Source: Parcubacteria group bacterium (lineage in GTDB: Bacteria; Patescibacteriota; Patescibacteriia; UBA9934; GWF2-40-263). From it: a stretch of 64,000 nucleotides of DNA. Positions 37,529-46,184 of this stretch are shown one piece after another; the stretch's first letter is position 1, and each line of letters opens with the position of its first letter. The notes below the pieces were generated by a model. It ran no database searches, was not told the origin of the DNA, and was given only the letters and a program-made list of their open reading frames with translations. A program made the position numbers and the translations under genes. The stretch is taken from positions 9,007 to 73,006 of the forward strand of contig JABMNZ010000025.1 in NCBI GenBank assembly GCA_013204395.1, written 5' to 3'.

Positions 37529-37812
37529 AACGCGTTTTTATTGTTTATTAGGAGTGTGAATCATGGTTTTTTTTGATCTTGATGTATAAAGTGGATCTTA
37601 AATACGGTACTGAGTTGAGTCAAAAATTGGGTGCTGAGTTGGTTGTAGTTTCGGGCAAGAAGCACTTCTCTGGTCCTGTTGATAATGAAGAGAGTTGTGT
37701 GGAGCTTCCTCAGGCTCTAGATGCCGTAGTGGATATCTCAAGGGCTTGATATTCCCAAAAAATTAACATCGTGTTAACCTAATCCGCGTAAACATTAAGT
37801 TTTTCACACCTT

Positions 37813-38094
37813 ATGGCCAAACTTACCAAGAGCCAGTTCATGGTTGCGTTCGGTGAGCAGCTAGGACTCTCTAAGAAAGACGCTACAGAGAAGTGGGAGG
37901 CGTTTGTAGAACTCGCTTTGCGCGAGGTAGTTACAAACGGCGAATTCCCACTCCCAGGACTCGGCAAGCTCGTTAAGAAAGAACGTGCAGCCCGAATGGG
38001 TCGCAACCCAATGACAGGGGAGTCAATCTCGATTCCTGCAAAGACCGTTGTAAAGTTCCGTGTAGCAAAGTCCGCAAAGGACGCGTTGCTTTAA
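37813..38094 (+). CDS. hup: DNA-binding protein HU
   Basis: MAKLTKSQFMVAFGEQLGLSKKDATE...GKLVKKERAARMGRNPMTGESISIPAKTVVKFRVAK; classic HU/IHF family. Confidence 0.9.
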   Translation: MAKLTKSQFMVAFGEQLGLSKKDATEKWEAFVELALREVVTNGEFPLPGLGKLVKKERAARMGRNPMTGESISIPAKTVVKFRVAKSAKDALL

Positions 38095-38108
38095 AAGGTT
38101 CAGTACAA

Positions 38109-38137
38109 AAAGCCGTCCCTCACGGGGCGGTTTTTTG
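38109..38137 (+). terminator. rho-independent terminator of hup
   Basis: AAAGCCGTCCCTCACGGGGCGGTTTTTTG. Confidence 0.7.
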
Positions 38138-38164
38138 TTTTAAGTTTTTTAATGATTGAAGCAT

Positions 38165-38344
38165 TGGTATAAGAATGGAGGATACACCTGTCGAAGTGGA
38201 GGGTGTGAGACAGGTTGTCTCAGCCGTCATCATGGAACTCAGTTTCATCATGAGACACTTATAGTGCCCATCAAACCTGGTTTGATTCACGTAAGGTTAC
38301 TTGCTCCGATACGACATCGGAGTTTTTTGTTATGATAGCCGCGC
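38165..38344 (+). promoter_or_regulatory. structured ~165-nt leader ending in an intrinsic terminator 17 nt before the hflX ATG (candidate attenuator or riboregulator)
   Basis: Extended -10-like TGGTATAAG at about 38165. Three additional stem-loops: ACCTGTC...GACAGGT, TGTCTCA...TGAGACA and ATCAAAC-CTG-GTTTGAT. Terminator CTCCGAT-ACGAC-ATCGGAG followed by TTTTTT (38304-38328). A possible 30-codon uORF (MEDTPVEVEGVRQVVSAVIMELSFIMRHL) is also present. Confidence 0.4.
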
Positions 38345-39436
38345 ATGGAAAAAGAAAAAGCAATACTAGTGGATTTGATACATCCTCGCATGGATAGGCG
38401 CCATGCAATGGATCGAATGCAGGAATTAGAAGAATTGGTTAATACCTATGGGGGTATTGTCGTTGTGAAGCAATGGCAGAAAAGAAGTGCCCCTCATCCA
38501 AAGACGTACATTGGCACAGGAAAGGTTGAGGAGTTGGGTAATGAGGGTAAAGAGCATGGGGTGAGTATACTCATTATTAATGATCAGCTAAGGCCACGTC
38601 AGGTTTACGATGTTGGTGAGATGCTCAGTCCGTTTGGGATTCAGGTATGGGATAGGATTGATTTGATCTTGAAGATCTTTGCCAAGCACGCAAAAACAGC
38701 AGAAGCCAAGCTTGAGATAGAATTGGCTAGTGTGAGGCACATGGGTCCACGGATCTTTGGTATGGGAATGGAACTCTCTCGACAGGGAGGGGGCACAGGG
38801 ACTCGTGGAATCGGAGAGACAAACAGTGAGAGAATGAAAAGACACCTGAAAGAGAAAGAACGTCGTATTAAATCGAAGTTGGAAAAGTTTAAAAATGGGA
38901 GGAGCCTGGCACGCCAAGGACGTCGACGCAGAGGCCTCAAAACGGTCTCTATCGTTGGATACACCAATGCTGGGAAGACAACACTCCTTAATGCGCTCAC
39001 AGGGCGTAAGGAGTACGTCGCCAATGAGCTTTTTGCGACCTTAGATACCCGTGTGGGGCAGCTGTATTTGCCAGAGAGTCATTCGACCGCGCTTTTGTCT
39101 GATACTATTGGTTTTATTAAGGACCTGCCACCCGAACTTTTGAACGCTTTTTCCTCGACATTGTCTGAGGCTGTTGAAGCAGATCTTTTGCTGCAAGTGA
39201 TTGACGTTAGTGATAAGGACTATAAGCAGCACATAGAAGTTGTGGATGATATTTTGGAAAGGCTGGGCCTAACGGAGACGAAGCGACTGTTGGTTTTCAG
39301 TAAAATTGACGGGATAAGTAAAAAAACCAAACTAGAAATTCAGGAGCAATTTAAAGAAACTCAGCATGTATTTGTCTCAGCACTAAAACGCACGGGCCTG
39401 GACACATTAACCAGCGCAATAGAAAACAGCCTCTAG
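38345..39436 (+). CDS. hflX: GTPase HflX
   Basis: G1 GYTNAGKTTLLNALTG, DTIGF, and the HflX N-terminal domain. Confidence 0.85.
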   Translation: MEKEKAILVDLIHPRMDRRHAMDRMQELEELVNTYGGIVVVKQWQKRSAPHPKTYIGTGKVEELGNEGKEHGVSILIINDQLRPRQVYDVGEMLSPFGIQVWDRIDLILKIFAKHAKTAEAKLEIELASVRHMGPRIFGMGMELSRQGGGTGTRGIGETNSERMKRHLKEKERRIKSKLEKFKNGRSLARQGRRRRGLKTVSIVGYTNAGKTTLLNALTGRKEYVANELFATLDTRVGQLYLPESHSTALLSDTIGFIKDLPPELLNAFSSTLSEAVEADLLLQVIDVSDKDYKQHIEVVDDILERLGLTETKRLLVFSKIDGISKKTKLEIQEQFKETQHVFVSALKRTGLDTLTSAIENSL

Positions 39437-39448
39437 TGAGGCTGTTTT

Positions 39449-39691
39449 CTATTTCTTCGATTCTTTCTTTAGGGCCATGAGGTCATACGTCTTTCCTTCG
39501 CGATCCCACTTGCGCAATGTGCGCAGGCCACGAGTTGAGATGGTGACAGTCACGATTCTACCGGTCGCTGGATTACGCAGGCGCTTCTTCATCAGATTGG
39601 CCTTGAGTTTGCGTTTTGTCTTCACGTTTGAGTGAGAGACATTGTTTCCAGAGATCGTCTTTTTGCCCGTTACGAGACAAGATGTAGACAT
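39449..39691 (-). CDS. rpmB: 50S ribosomal protein L28
   Basis: MSTSCLVTGKKTISGNNVSHSNVKTKRKLKANL... signature. Confidence 0.85.
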   Translation of the reverse strand: MSTSCLVTGKKTISGNNVSHSNVKTKRKLKANLMKKRLRNPATGRIVTVTISTRGLRTLRKWDREGKTYDLMALKKESKK

Positions 39692-39739
39692 AATCTATAG
39701 GTTAATTGACGTCCACGAGTATAGCCGAGAGTTCATTTT

Positions 39740-40306
39740 GTGTCCACCCCTGTGATAGACTTGGGGTATATGACAAATCAAGTACCAAAGCTTTGGATCT
39801 TTTTCTTTATTATTATCGCCGGACTTATTGTTGGGTTCGCCTTGAGTAGTCCCGCCGTTCAGGAACAGGAAGAAGTTGTAGACTTTCAGGAAAATGTTGA
39901 AATGACGGGGGTTAGAGAACAAACCTTCGGTGCGATGTTGGATGGTGGGGGTAATGCTATTTACTTAGAGAACCAGTTGTCCGGTACTACGGGTGTGCAA
40001 GTTGGATTTGCCGTCCTGGCTAGGCCTGGGTTTGTGGTGATCTTTGATGATGACGATGGTGTGCCCGGGAAGGTGATAGGGGCCTCTGATTATCTGCAGA
40101 ATGGTGGGGAGCATTTAACCGTCGCATTGCAAACGTTTTTAATTGACGGAGCTGTGTACTACGCCGTTCTATATCACGACAACGGAGATCTTGTTTTTGA
40201 CGAGAATGCTGACTCACAAGCACTGGATTCGACAGATTCTGTAGTCCTTATGACCTTTCTTTCAACCTATGAAGCACAACCTGAGGTTGGTGCGATAACG
40301 CCTTGA
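39740..40306 (+). CDS. hypothetical secreted/membrane-anchored protein
   Basis: N-terminal TM LWIFFFIIIAGLIVGFAL; 188 aa. Confidence 0.5.
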   Translation: MSTPVIDLGYMTNQVPKLWIFFFIIIAGLIVGFALSSPAVQEQEEVVDFQENVEMTGVREQTFGAMLDGGGNAIYLENQLSGTTGVQVGFAVLARPGFVVIFDDDDGVPGKVIGASDYLQNGGEHLTVALQTFLIDGAVYYAVLYHDNGDLVFDENADSQALDSTDSVVLMTFLSTYEAQPEVGAITP

Positions 40307-40378
40307 CACCTTTGTTTGCGGAGCGTATCTTCATTACTCGTTGGCGCATCCCGTGCTGACAAGTGACAAGGAGAGCTC

Positions 40379-40867
40379 GTGTCTCGAAGAAGTCGAATGA
40401 AAGACAGGCCCAAGAATCCCCGTCAGCGCATGCTTGAGGAGCTGCAGGAATTGCTGGCGTTGGCTCGTGAAGCCATCTCCACGGAGACCGATCCGCTGCT
40501 GATCAACGCTGATCAGCTCGCACCGGTTCTGGAGTTGGCGGAGCGGACCGCGAAGATCGCGCGGACCTACACGATTCAGCGTGAGCTGATGATGGAGATC
40601 TACGGGCTGTTGATCAGTGGGAAGTTCAACTTCCGTCTGCTCGACGAGATCTTCCAGGGACGTCGTGGGAAGAGGCCTACGGCCGTCTTCGACCAGAGCA
40701 TCAAGATCATCTCGATCCAGGTCGCTGGTCGCATCCCCGTGAACGAGGCACATGTTCGTGACCCGCTCACCGGTGAGAGCATGCCGGCCACGGAAGTCCG
40801 TGTGGGTCTGATCGAGTTCCTCACGTCCATTGGGCGTCACGTCGAAGCCGGAGCCTTCGCGCTTTAG
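40379..40867 (+). CDS. hypothetical protein (GC-rich islet)
   Basis: AGGAGA SD then GTG start. 162 aa. The overlapping minus ORF 40334..40903 looks like antisense noise. TTGACA-17-TATCTT promoter-like sequence at about 40303. Confidence 0.5.
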   Translation: MSRRSRMKDRPKNPRQRMLEELQELLALAREAISTETDPLLINADQLAPVLELAERTAKIARTYTIQRELMMEIYGLLISGKFNFRLLDEIFQGRRGKRPTAVFDQSIKIISIQVAGRIPVNEAHVRDPLTGESMPATEVRVGLIEFLTSIGRHVEAGAFAL

Positions 40868-40890
40868 GCCACACGACCACAACACGCAAT

Positions 40891-40921
40891 CCCGGTATGG
40901 CACCTGTCATCCGGGTTTTTT
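40891..40921 (+). terminator. terminator after 40379..40867
   Basis: CCCGG-(15 nt)-CCGGG followed by TTTTTTG. It contains CTGTCATCCGG, the same 11-mer as the cassette leaders. Confidence 0.5.
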
Positions 40922-40938
40922 GATAGAATGGTTTTGAT

Positions 40939-41472
40939 ATGGATATTCCAGTTAGAAAAAGTAAACGTGCCAAGAACATGTCTATTGTGGTTCATTCCGG
41001 TGGGCGATGGGAGGTTGTGGTACCAGCTCTTAGGGGTCCGTCTGACAGAACGATCAAAAGACATGTGGATAACCATCGTGACTGGATCGAGAAACAGGTG
41101 GATCGTATGAGTCGGGAAAAAGAGCGAGATACGCTCTGTCATGGTGGTGTGGCACGAAGCGTTGTTGAAGAACAGACATTGCAGATGATCGAGGCAACAG
41201 TTTTGAAAATGAGACGGGTTCATCCTGTAACGATCGAAAAGATCCGTCTTGGAAACTGGAAGAGGCAGTGGGGGAGTTGTAGCAGTGGTATGACCCTTGG
41301 TTTTCACTATAAGCTTTCTTTGCTGCCCACACATCTCGCAGAATATATCGTCGCTCACGAACTTGCCCACACAACCCATTTTAACCACTCAAAGGCCTTT
41401 TGGGAGCTGGTTGAGAGACTTTGTCCCAATGCTAAATCTTGCCGAAAAGCTCTGCGACAGTTCACCTTGTGA
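40939..41472 (+). CDS. YgjP-like (DUF45) HExxH metal-dependent hydrolase
   Basis: HELAHTTHFNHSKAFWELVERL matches the YgjP family signature. Confidence 0.75.
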   Translation: MDIPVRKSKRAKNMSIVVHSGGRWEVVVPALRGPSDRTIKRHVDNHRDWIEKQVDRMSREKERDTLCHGGVARSVVEEQTLQMIEATVLKMRRVHPVTIEKIRLGNWKRQWGSCSSGMTLGFHYKLSLLPTHLAEYIVAHELAHTTHFNHSKAFWELVERLCPNAKSCRKALRQFTL

Positions 41473-41492
41473 TGTGATAAACTATCTCTACT

Positions 41493-42230
41493 ATGCCAAC
41501 GAAAAAATCAAAATCTAAAAAGAAAGAAGTTGTCCCATCTCACAATACTTGCCGGATACCCCTGGCAAGTAATGAGAATATTAATGAACCAGTTAGGATT
41601 TATGAAATCTCATGGAGAATCTTTAGGATCATGTCAGAATTTGTTGATGGATTTCAATTTTTGTCTGAATCCAGCAGAGAGGTGACATTTTGGGGGTCTG
41701 CTCGTTTAAAACCAGCGAACAAGTGGTACAAGGTTGCTGTTCAACTCGGTGAGATGTTGGGTGAGTGCGGATTTACAATCATAACGGGAGGTGGTGGTGG
41801 CATCATGGAAGCTGGTAATCGTGGTGCACAGAAGGTTGGGGCAGAATCAATTGGACTGAACATTCAATTGCCTTTTGAACAAACAGTAAACAAGTACGTA
41901 ACAAAGAGTCGAACATTTCATTATTTCTTTACCCGCAAGGTTCTCATGGCCGCGTCAGCGCAAGCTTATGTTTTTTTCCCAGGGGGCTTTGGGACATTGG
42001 ACGAGTTTTTTGAGATCGTAACACTCATTCAAACAAAGAAAATGCAGTCCACCCCCATTGTGTGTGTCGGGCATGATTTCTGGGATGGATTGTTTGAGTG
42101 GTCTGCAGATGTTCAGCGGGACAACTTTCACACAATCGGACCAGATGACCTTAATTTATTCACTGTCGTGGATACGGCAGAGGAGGCATATAAAATAGTT
42201 TCTAAATCTCAAGAAAGGTCATTTTTCTAG
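41493..42230 (+). CDS. LOG family (TIGR00730) Rossmann-fold nucleotide-binding protein
   Basis: ITGGGGGIMEAGNRGA ... PGGFGTLDEFFEI motifs. Confidence 0.8.
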   Translation: MPTKKSKSKKKEVVPSHNTCRIPLASNENINEPVRIYEISWRIFRIMSEFVDGFQFLSESSREVTFWGSARLKPANKWYKVAVQLGEMLGECGFTIITGGGGGIMEAGNRGAQKVGAESIGLNIQLPFEQTVNKYVTKSRTFHYFFTRKVLMAASAQAYVFFPGGFGTLDEFFEIVTLIQTKKMQSTPIVCVGHDFWDGLFEWSADVQRDNFHTIGPDDLNLFTVVDTAEEAYKIVSKSQERSFF

Positions 42231-42231
42231 T

Positions 42232-43581
42232 ATGCCGAATCATTCACATACACATTCAAAACAACAGGCTTGGATCATTGATGTAAACATGGGATATGGG
42301 CATTCTCGCGCTGCCTATGCATTAAAGGATTTATCTAAAGGACAAGTTATTTCAGCAAATGACTACGATGGAATTCCCGAAGAAGACATGAAGCTTTGGA
42401 ATGAGAGTCGAAAGATATACGAAGCTATTTCTAGAATGAAACCTATTCCCGTGATCGGAAACTATTTGTTCGAGGCGCTTGATTACTGGCAACAAATTGA
42501 AAAGTTTTACCCAAGGAGGGATTTATCAAAACCAAACATTCAAGTAAGACAGATTTTTCAAATGATAAAAAAGGGTCTTGGTAAGCACCTTATTGAACAG
42601 CTTTCTGAGAATCCACTCCCGTTCGTCACCACTTTTTTCATTCCAGCGTTCTTTGCTGAGTATTATAATTACCCTGGCGATATCTGGTGTGTAACGACTG
42701 ACGCAGACATTTCTCGTGCTTGGGCTCCAATGGACCCAAAGCGATCACGAATTAAATATTTAGCAAGCAACGGACGAGTGGTGGAGAGGTTGAAATTGTA
42801 TGGAGTCCCTGCAGAAAATATTTTTGCCACAGGTTTTCCTTTACCAAAGGAACTTATTGGTGGACCAAATTCAAAGATTTTAAAGGACCTACTCACGCAT
42901 AGGTTGTGCAATCTTGACCCAAACGGAATTTTTCATAATCGATATGCGGATATTCTTAAAGCAAAACTTGGTGCAGCTCGTTGTAAAACTGAAAGTGCTG
43001 CTCATCCTTTAACCGTGACCTATTCAGTTGGTGGGGCCGGGGCGCAGCGTGCTCTTGGAGTGAAGATTATGAAGAGCCTCAAGGCAAAGATTGCTCGACA
43101 TGAAATCCGCTTGAATCTTATGGCTGGATTTCGAAAAGATGCCATAGATTATTATCGTAGCGCCGCCATAAAATTAGGATTAGAAAATGAGCTCGGTACA
43201 TGGATTAACGTTCCAGAGCATGAGAGCCGAGCCTCTTATTTTTCTGACTATAACCAGGTTCTCAAAACCACAGATATTTTATGGACGAAACCGTCAGAGA
43301 TGTCGTTTTATTGTGGGCTGGGGATTGCGCTTATCATGGCTCCGCCAATTGGAAGCCAAGAAGAGTTTAATCGTATCTGGGTTGGGTATGTTGGTGGTGG
43401 AGTGCCTATGAATGACCCTCGTTATACAGATGAATGGCTTGAAGATTGGATCGAGTCTGGTGGAGTTGCTAGGATGGCCTACAATGGTTACATTGAAGCC
43501 CCGACGCACGGTACTTATCGTATCGAAGACCTTGTTTTAGGCAGAAAAAGTGAAATTCAACCGTTACCGTTGATTGTGTAA
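42232..43581 (+). CDS. putative GT-B glycosyltransferase (GT28, MGDG-synthase/UgtP-like)
   Basis: N-terminal WIIDVNMGYGHSRAAYAL resembles the GGGH..AA.AL motif of MGDG synthases. C-terminal GLGIALIMAPPIGSQEE.N resembles MurG-like donor-binding regions. Weak call. Confidence 0.4.
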   Translation: MPNHSHTHSKQQAWIIDVNMGYGHSRAAYALKDLSKGQVISANDYDGIPEEDMKLWNESRKIYEAISRMKPIPVIGNYLFEALDYWQQIEKFYPRRDLSKPNIQVRQIFQMIKKGLGKHLIEQLSENPLPFVTTFFIPAFFAEYYNYPGDIWCVTTDADISRAWAPMDPKRSRIKYLASNGRVVERLKLYGVPAENIFATGFPLPKELIGGPNSKILKDLLTHRLCNLDPNGIFHNRYADILKAKLGAARCKTESAAHPLTVTYSVGGAGAQRALGVKIMKSLKAKIARHEIRLNLMAGFRKDAIDYYRSAAIKLGLENELGTWINVPEHESRASYFSDYNQVLKTTDILWTKPSEMSFYCGLGIALIMAPPIGSQEEFNRIWVGYVGGGVPMNDPRYTDEWLEDWIESGGVARMAYNGYIEAPTHGTYRIEDLVLGRKSEIQPLPLIV

Positions 43582-43584
43582 AAT

Positions 43585-45171
43585 ATGGATAAGGCCCTTG
43601 AACATCTTCTTGCTACCATCGCTCAGATGAAGCGAGAAAAAGATGACACAAAAAATAATGAGGATGTTATCAAAGTCTCAGACACAGTGTCTGTGGCTGC
43701 TTCTGTTTACGAGACGGTTCGCAATACACTTGAGTACGATGAAGAGCATTTGCTCAGACGCAATGCTATTCGTCGCATTCTTAAGCGCAGCATGATTGAG
43801 GGTCCCACAGGCGAAATGGCGGGAAAGTTAGTGAGAGAACTTATCTGGGCGAAGTACATGCCCAATGCGAGTGTTCCAACCAACATGATCGATAAGGTTG
43901 CTGGGATTTTAGAGAAGTACAAGTTCATGTTTGGAATTCTTGAACCTGAAAGTCCTGAAGGGCAAAAAGTCTACACGTGGCTTCTAGATGTACTGTCTGT
44001 TGAAATCGAATATGTCTTGGGCCCGCCGTGTATTGATGAGGCTCTGGCAAGTTATGCTTATCAAGAGCTGAAGAAACGTGTTGAATGGCAAACGCAAGTG
44101 ATTTCGGAAAGTGATAGAGAGCTTCAGCTTTATATTGCCATTCACCGCTCCGTTTTGAAATCAAATCTTGCAACTTTGCGTTACAGAATTCTGACGCTCT
44201 ATTATCCAAATTGGAGAAAAGCAAAACCAGGAGACCATGTTGTCAAAGAGATTTCCATGAACCTAGTGAAGGTTATTGATTCTGTTGAGGGGCAAATTTT
44301 GCACCATGCACAGGATTCAGTTTTTCGATTTGTGCGTCGGCATGGAATCGTATTTCATTTACTTTCTGATATTGCAAAAGATAATCCAGACGCGTTTGCA
44401 CAGGCCATACAGGGTAAGGATGTGGCTAGTATAGACACAGCTATCTCAAAGGCGGCTCAAGAGCGATATAATACTTTTAGAAAGAAGCTAACACGAACGG
44501 TATTCCGTGCGGCCGTTTTTCTTCTGTTGACCAAATCTATTTTGGCGATCTTGGTTGAATATCCATATGAGCTTCTGATTCTACGCTCAACGGATTACTT
44601 ACCATTGATGATTAATATTTTGTTTCCCCCATTGCTTCTTGCAGTGGTTGGTTTAACGGTTCGTATTCCAAAAACAAAGAATACGGAAAAGGTCCTTGAA
44701 GAGTTGCATGGCCTATTGGGGTTTGGAGATGACTTTACATTGATCTTTAAACGTAAAATGCAATGGACCAAGGGGGCTATTTGGTGGATCTTTAATAGTC
44801 TGTATCTGTCCGTGTGGCTTGTGACTATTTCGCTCATTGCTTGGATGCTCCGTGTTGGACTAGATTTTAATGCTTTGTCGATAATCTTCTTTATATTTTT
44901 CTTGTCCCTTGTTGCCTACTTTGGACTTCGTATCCGCAACACACGTCGTGAGTTGATTGTGATCGATGTCTCACGTGGATTTTTTGGGAGCATCTCGGAT
45001 ATTTTATTCCTTCCGATTGTCAGAGCAGGACGTTGGGTTGCCCTAAGGGCACCTAAGGTGAATATCTTCCTGTTCTTTTTTGACTTTATTATCGAAGCAC
45101 CATTTAAAGCCGCAATAGGAATTATTGAAAGTTGGCTAGCATTCTTGCGTGAGAAAAGAGAGGAGATTTAA
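43585..45171 (+). CDS. hypothetical membrane protein (large cytoplasmic N-domain plus C-terminal TM bundle)
   Basis: 528 aa; TM helices after about residue 300. Confidence 0.5.
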   Translation: MDKALEHLLATIAQMKREKDDTKNNEDVIKVSDTVSVAASVYETVRNTLEYDEEHLLRRNAIRRILKRSMIEGPTGEMAGKLVRELIWAKYMPNASVPTNMIDKVAGILEKYKFMFGILEPESPEGQKVYTWLLDVLSVEIEYVLGPPCIDEALASYAYQELKKRVEWQTQVISESDRELQLYIAIHRSVLKSNLATLRYRILTLYYPNWRKAKPGDHVVKEISMNLVKVIDSVEGQILHHAQDSVFRFVRRHGIVFHLLSDIAKDNPDAFAQAIQGKDVASIDTAISKAAQERYNTFRKKLTRTVFRAAVFLLLTKSILAILVEYPYELLILRSTDYLPLMINILFPPLLLAVVGLTVRIPKTKNTEKVLEELHGLLGFGDDFTLIFKRKMQWTKGAIWWIFNSLYLSVWLVTISLIAWMLRVGLDFNALSIIFFIFFLSLVAYFGLRIRNTRRELIVIDVSRGFFGSISDILFLPIVRAGRWVALRAPKVNIFLFFFDFIIEAPFKAAIGIIESWLAFLREKREEI

Positions 45172-45194
45172 TAGGGTTCAAGTTCGATGGGGGT

Positions 45195-46181
45195 ATGAAA
45201 GAAAAACATCTACGAATAATGCTCGTTATAGCTCTCATTGGTGCGGTGGGAGTGTTTACCTTCGCGTCATTTTGGATGAACAACAACCCCGATATAGAGC
45301 CTAATTTTGGCGTTACATACTCGTGGCTGTACGCAGAACAGCTTGGATTAGATTATAAAGAAACCTACAAGGCGCTCGTGCATGAAATGGGAGTGAAATC
45401 TATTAGATTACCAATCTATTGGTCTGATATCGAGTCTGCTGAAGGGGAGTATGACTGGAAAAAGCCAGATTGGTTGATTGATATTGCTGAGGATAATGAT
45501 TTGAAAATAACGATGGTTGTCGGGGCAAAGGTTCCAAGGTGGCCTGAATGCTTTGTGCCTGATTGGGTGGAAAAGTTGAATACAACTTATCAGCAACAAG
45601 CTACACTTTCGTTTATTGAAGAAACAGTGAATCGGTATAAAAATTCCTCGGCTATTGTTCGTTGGCAAGTAGAGAACGAACCGTTTTTTCCATTCGGAGA
45701 ATGTCCTAAAGTGGATGTGCCTCAGATTACTGAGCGAGTTGATTTGGTGCGCCGTCTTGACGATCGACCTATCCAAATGACGGTGAGTGGTGAATTAGGA
45801 TCCTGGATAGATTCAGCAGAGGCTGCTGACATACTTGGGATCTCCATGTACAGACAGACTTGGAATGATCTCTTTGGATATTTTGTTTATCCACTAAGTC
45901 CGGAGTATTATTATTTTCGAGCAAAGCTGGTGGACGGTCATGTTCAGCAGGTAATAGTCTCAGAGCTACAGGCAGAGCCTTGGTTTAATGAGCCGATCAA
46001 TACTCGGTCAATTGCCGATTGGTATGATGCGTTCACCGTTGAAATGTTCCAAGAAAATATTAGCTTTGCCCGTGAGGCTGGTTTGTCTGAAGTCTATTTG
46101 TGGGGAGCTGAGTGGTGGTATGCCCTTAGGCAAGCCGGAGAAGATCGTTTGTGGAATGAAGCTCAATCAATTTTTGAATAA
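45195..46181 (+). CDS. glycoside hydrolase, clan GH-A TIM-barrel (GH5/GH113-like)
   Basis: Acid/base motif WQVENEP and candidate nucleophile VSELQAEPW. N-terminal signal anchor. Confidence 0.5.
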   Translation: MKEKHLRIMLVIALIGAVGVFTFASFWMNNNPDIEPNFGVTYSWLYAEQLGLDYKETYKALVHEMGVKSIRLPIYWSDIESAEGEYDWKKPDWLIDIAEDNDLKITMVVGAKVPRWPECFVPDWVEKLNTTYQQQATLSFIEETVNRYKNSSAIVRWQVENEPFFPFGECPKVDVPQITERVDLVRRLDDRPIQMTVSGELGSWIDSAEAADILGISMYRQTWNDLFGYFVYPLSPEYYYFRAKLVDGHVQQVIVSELQAEPWFNEPINTRSIADWYDAFTVEMFQENISFAREAGLSEVYLWGAEWWYALRQAGEDRLWNEAQSIFE

Positions 46182-46184
46182 CAT

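Noticed and set aside
40334-40903. 189-aa minus-strand ORF
   Set aside because: It is antisense to 40379..40867, which has a perfect AGGAGA-GTG start and a terminator. Junk-like composition.
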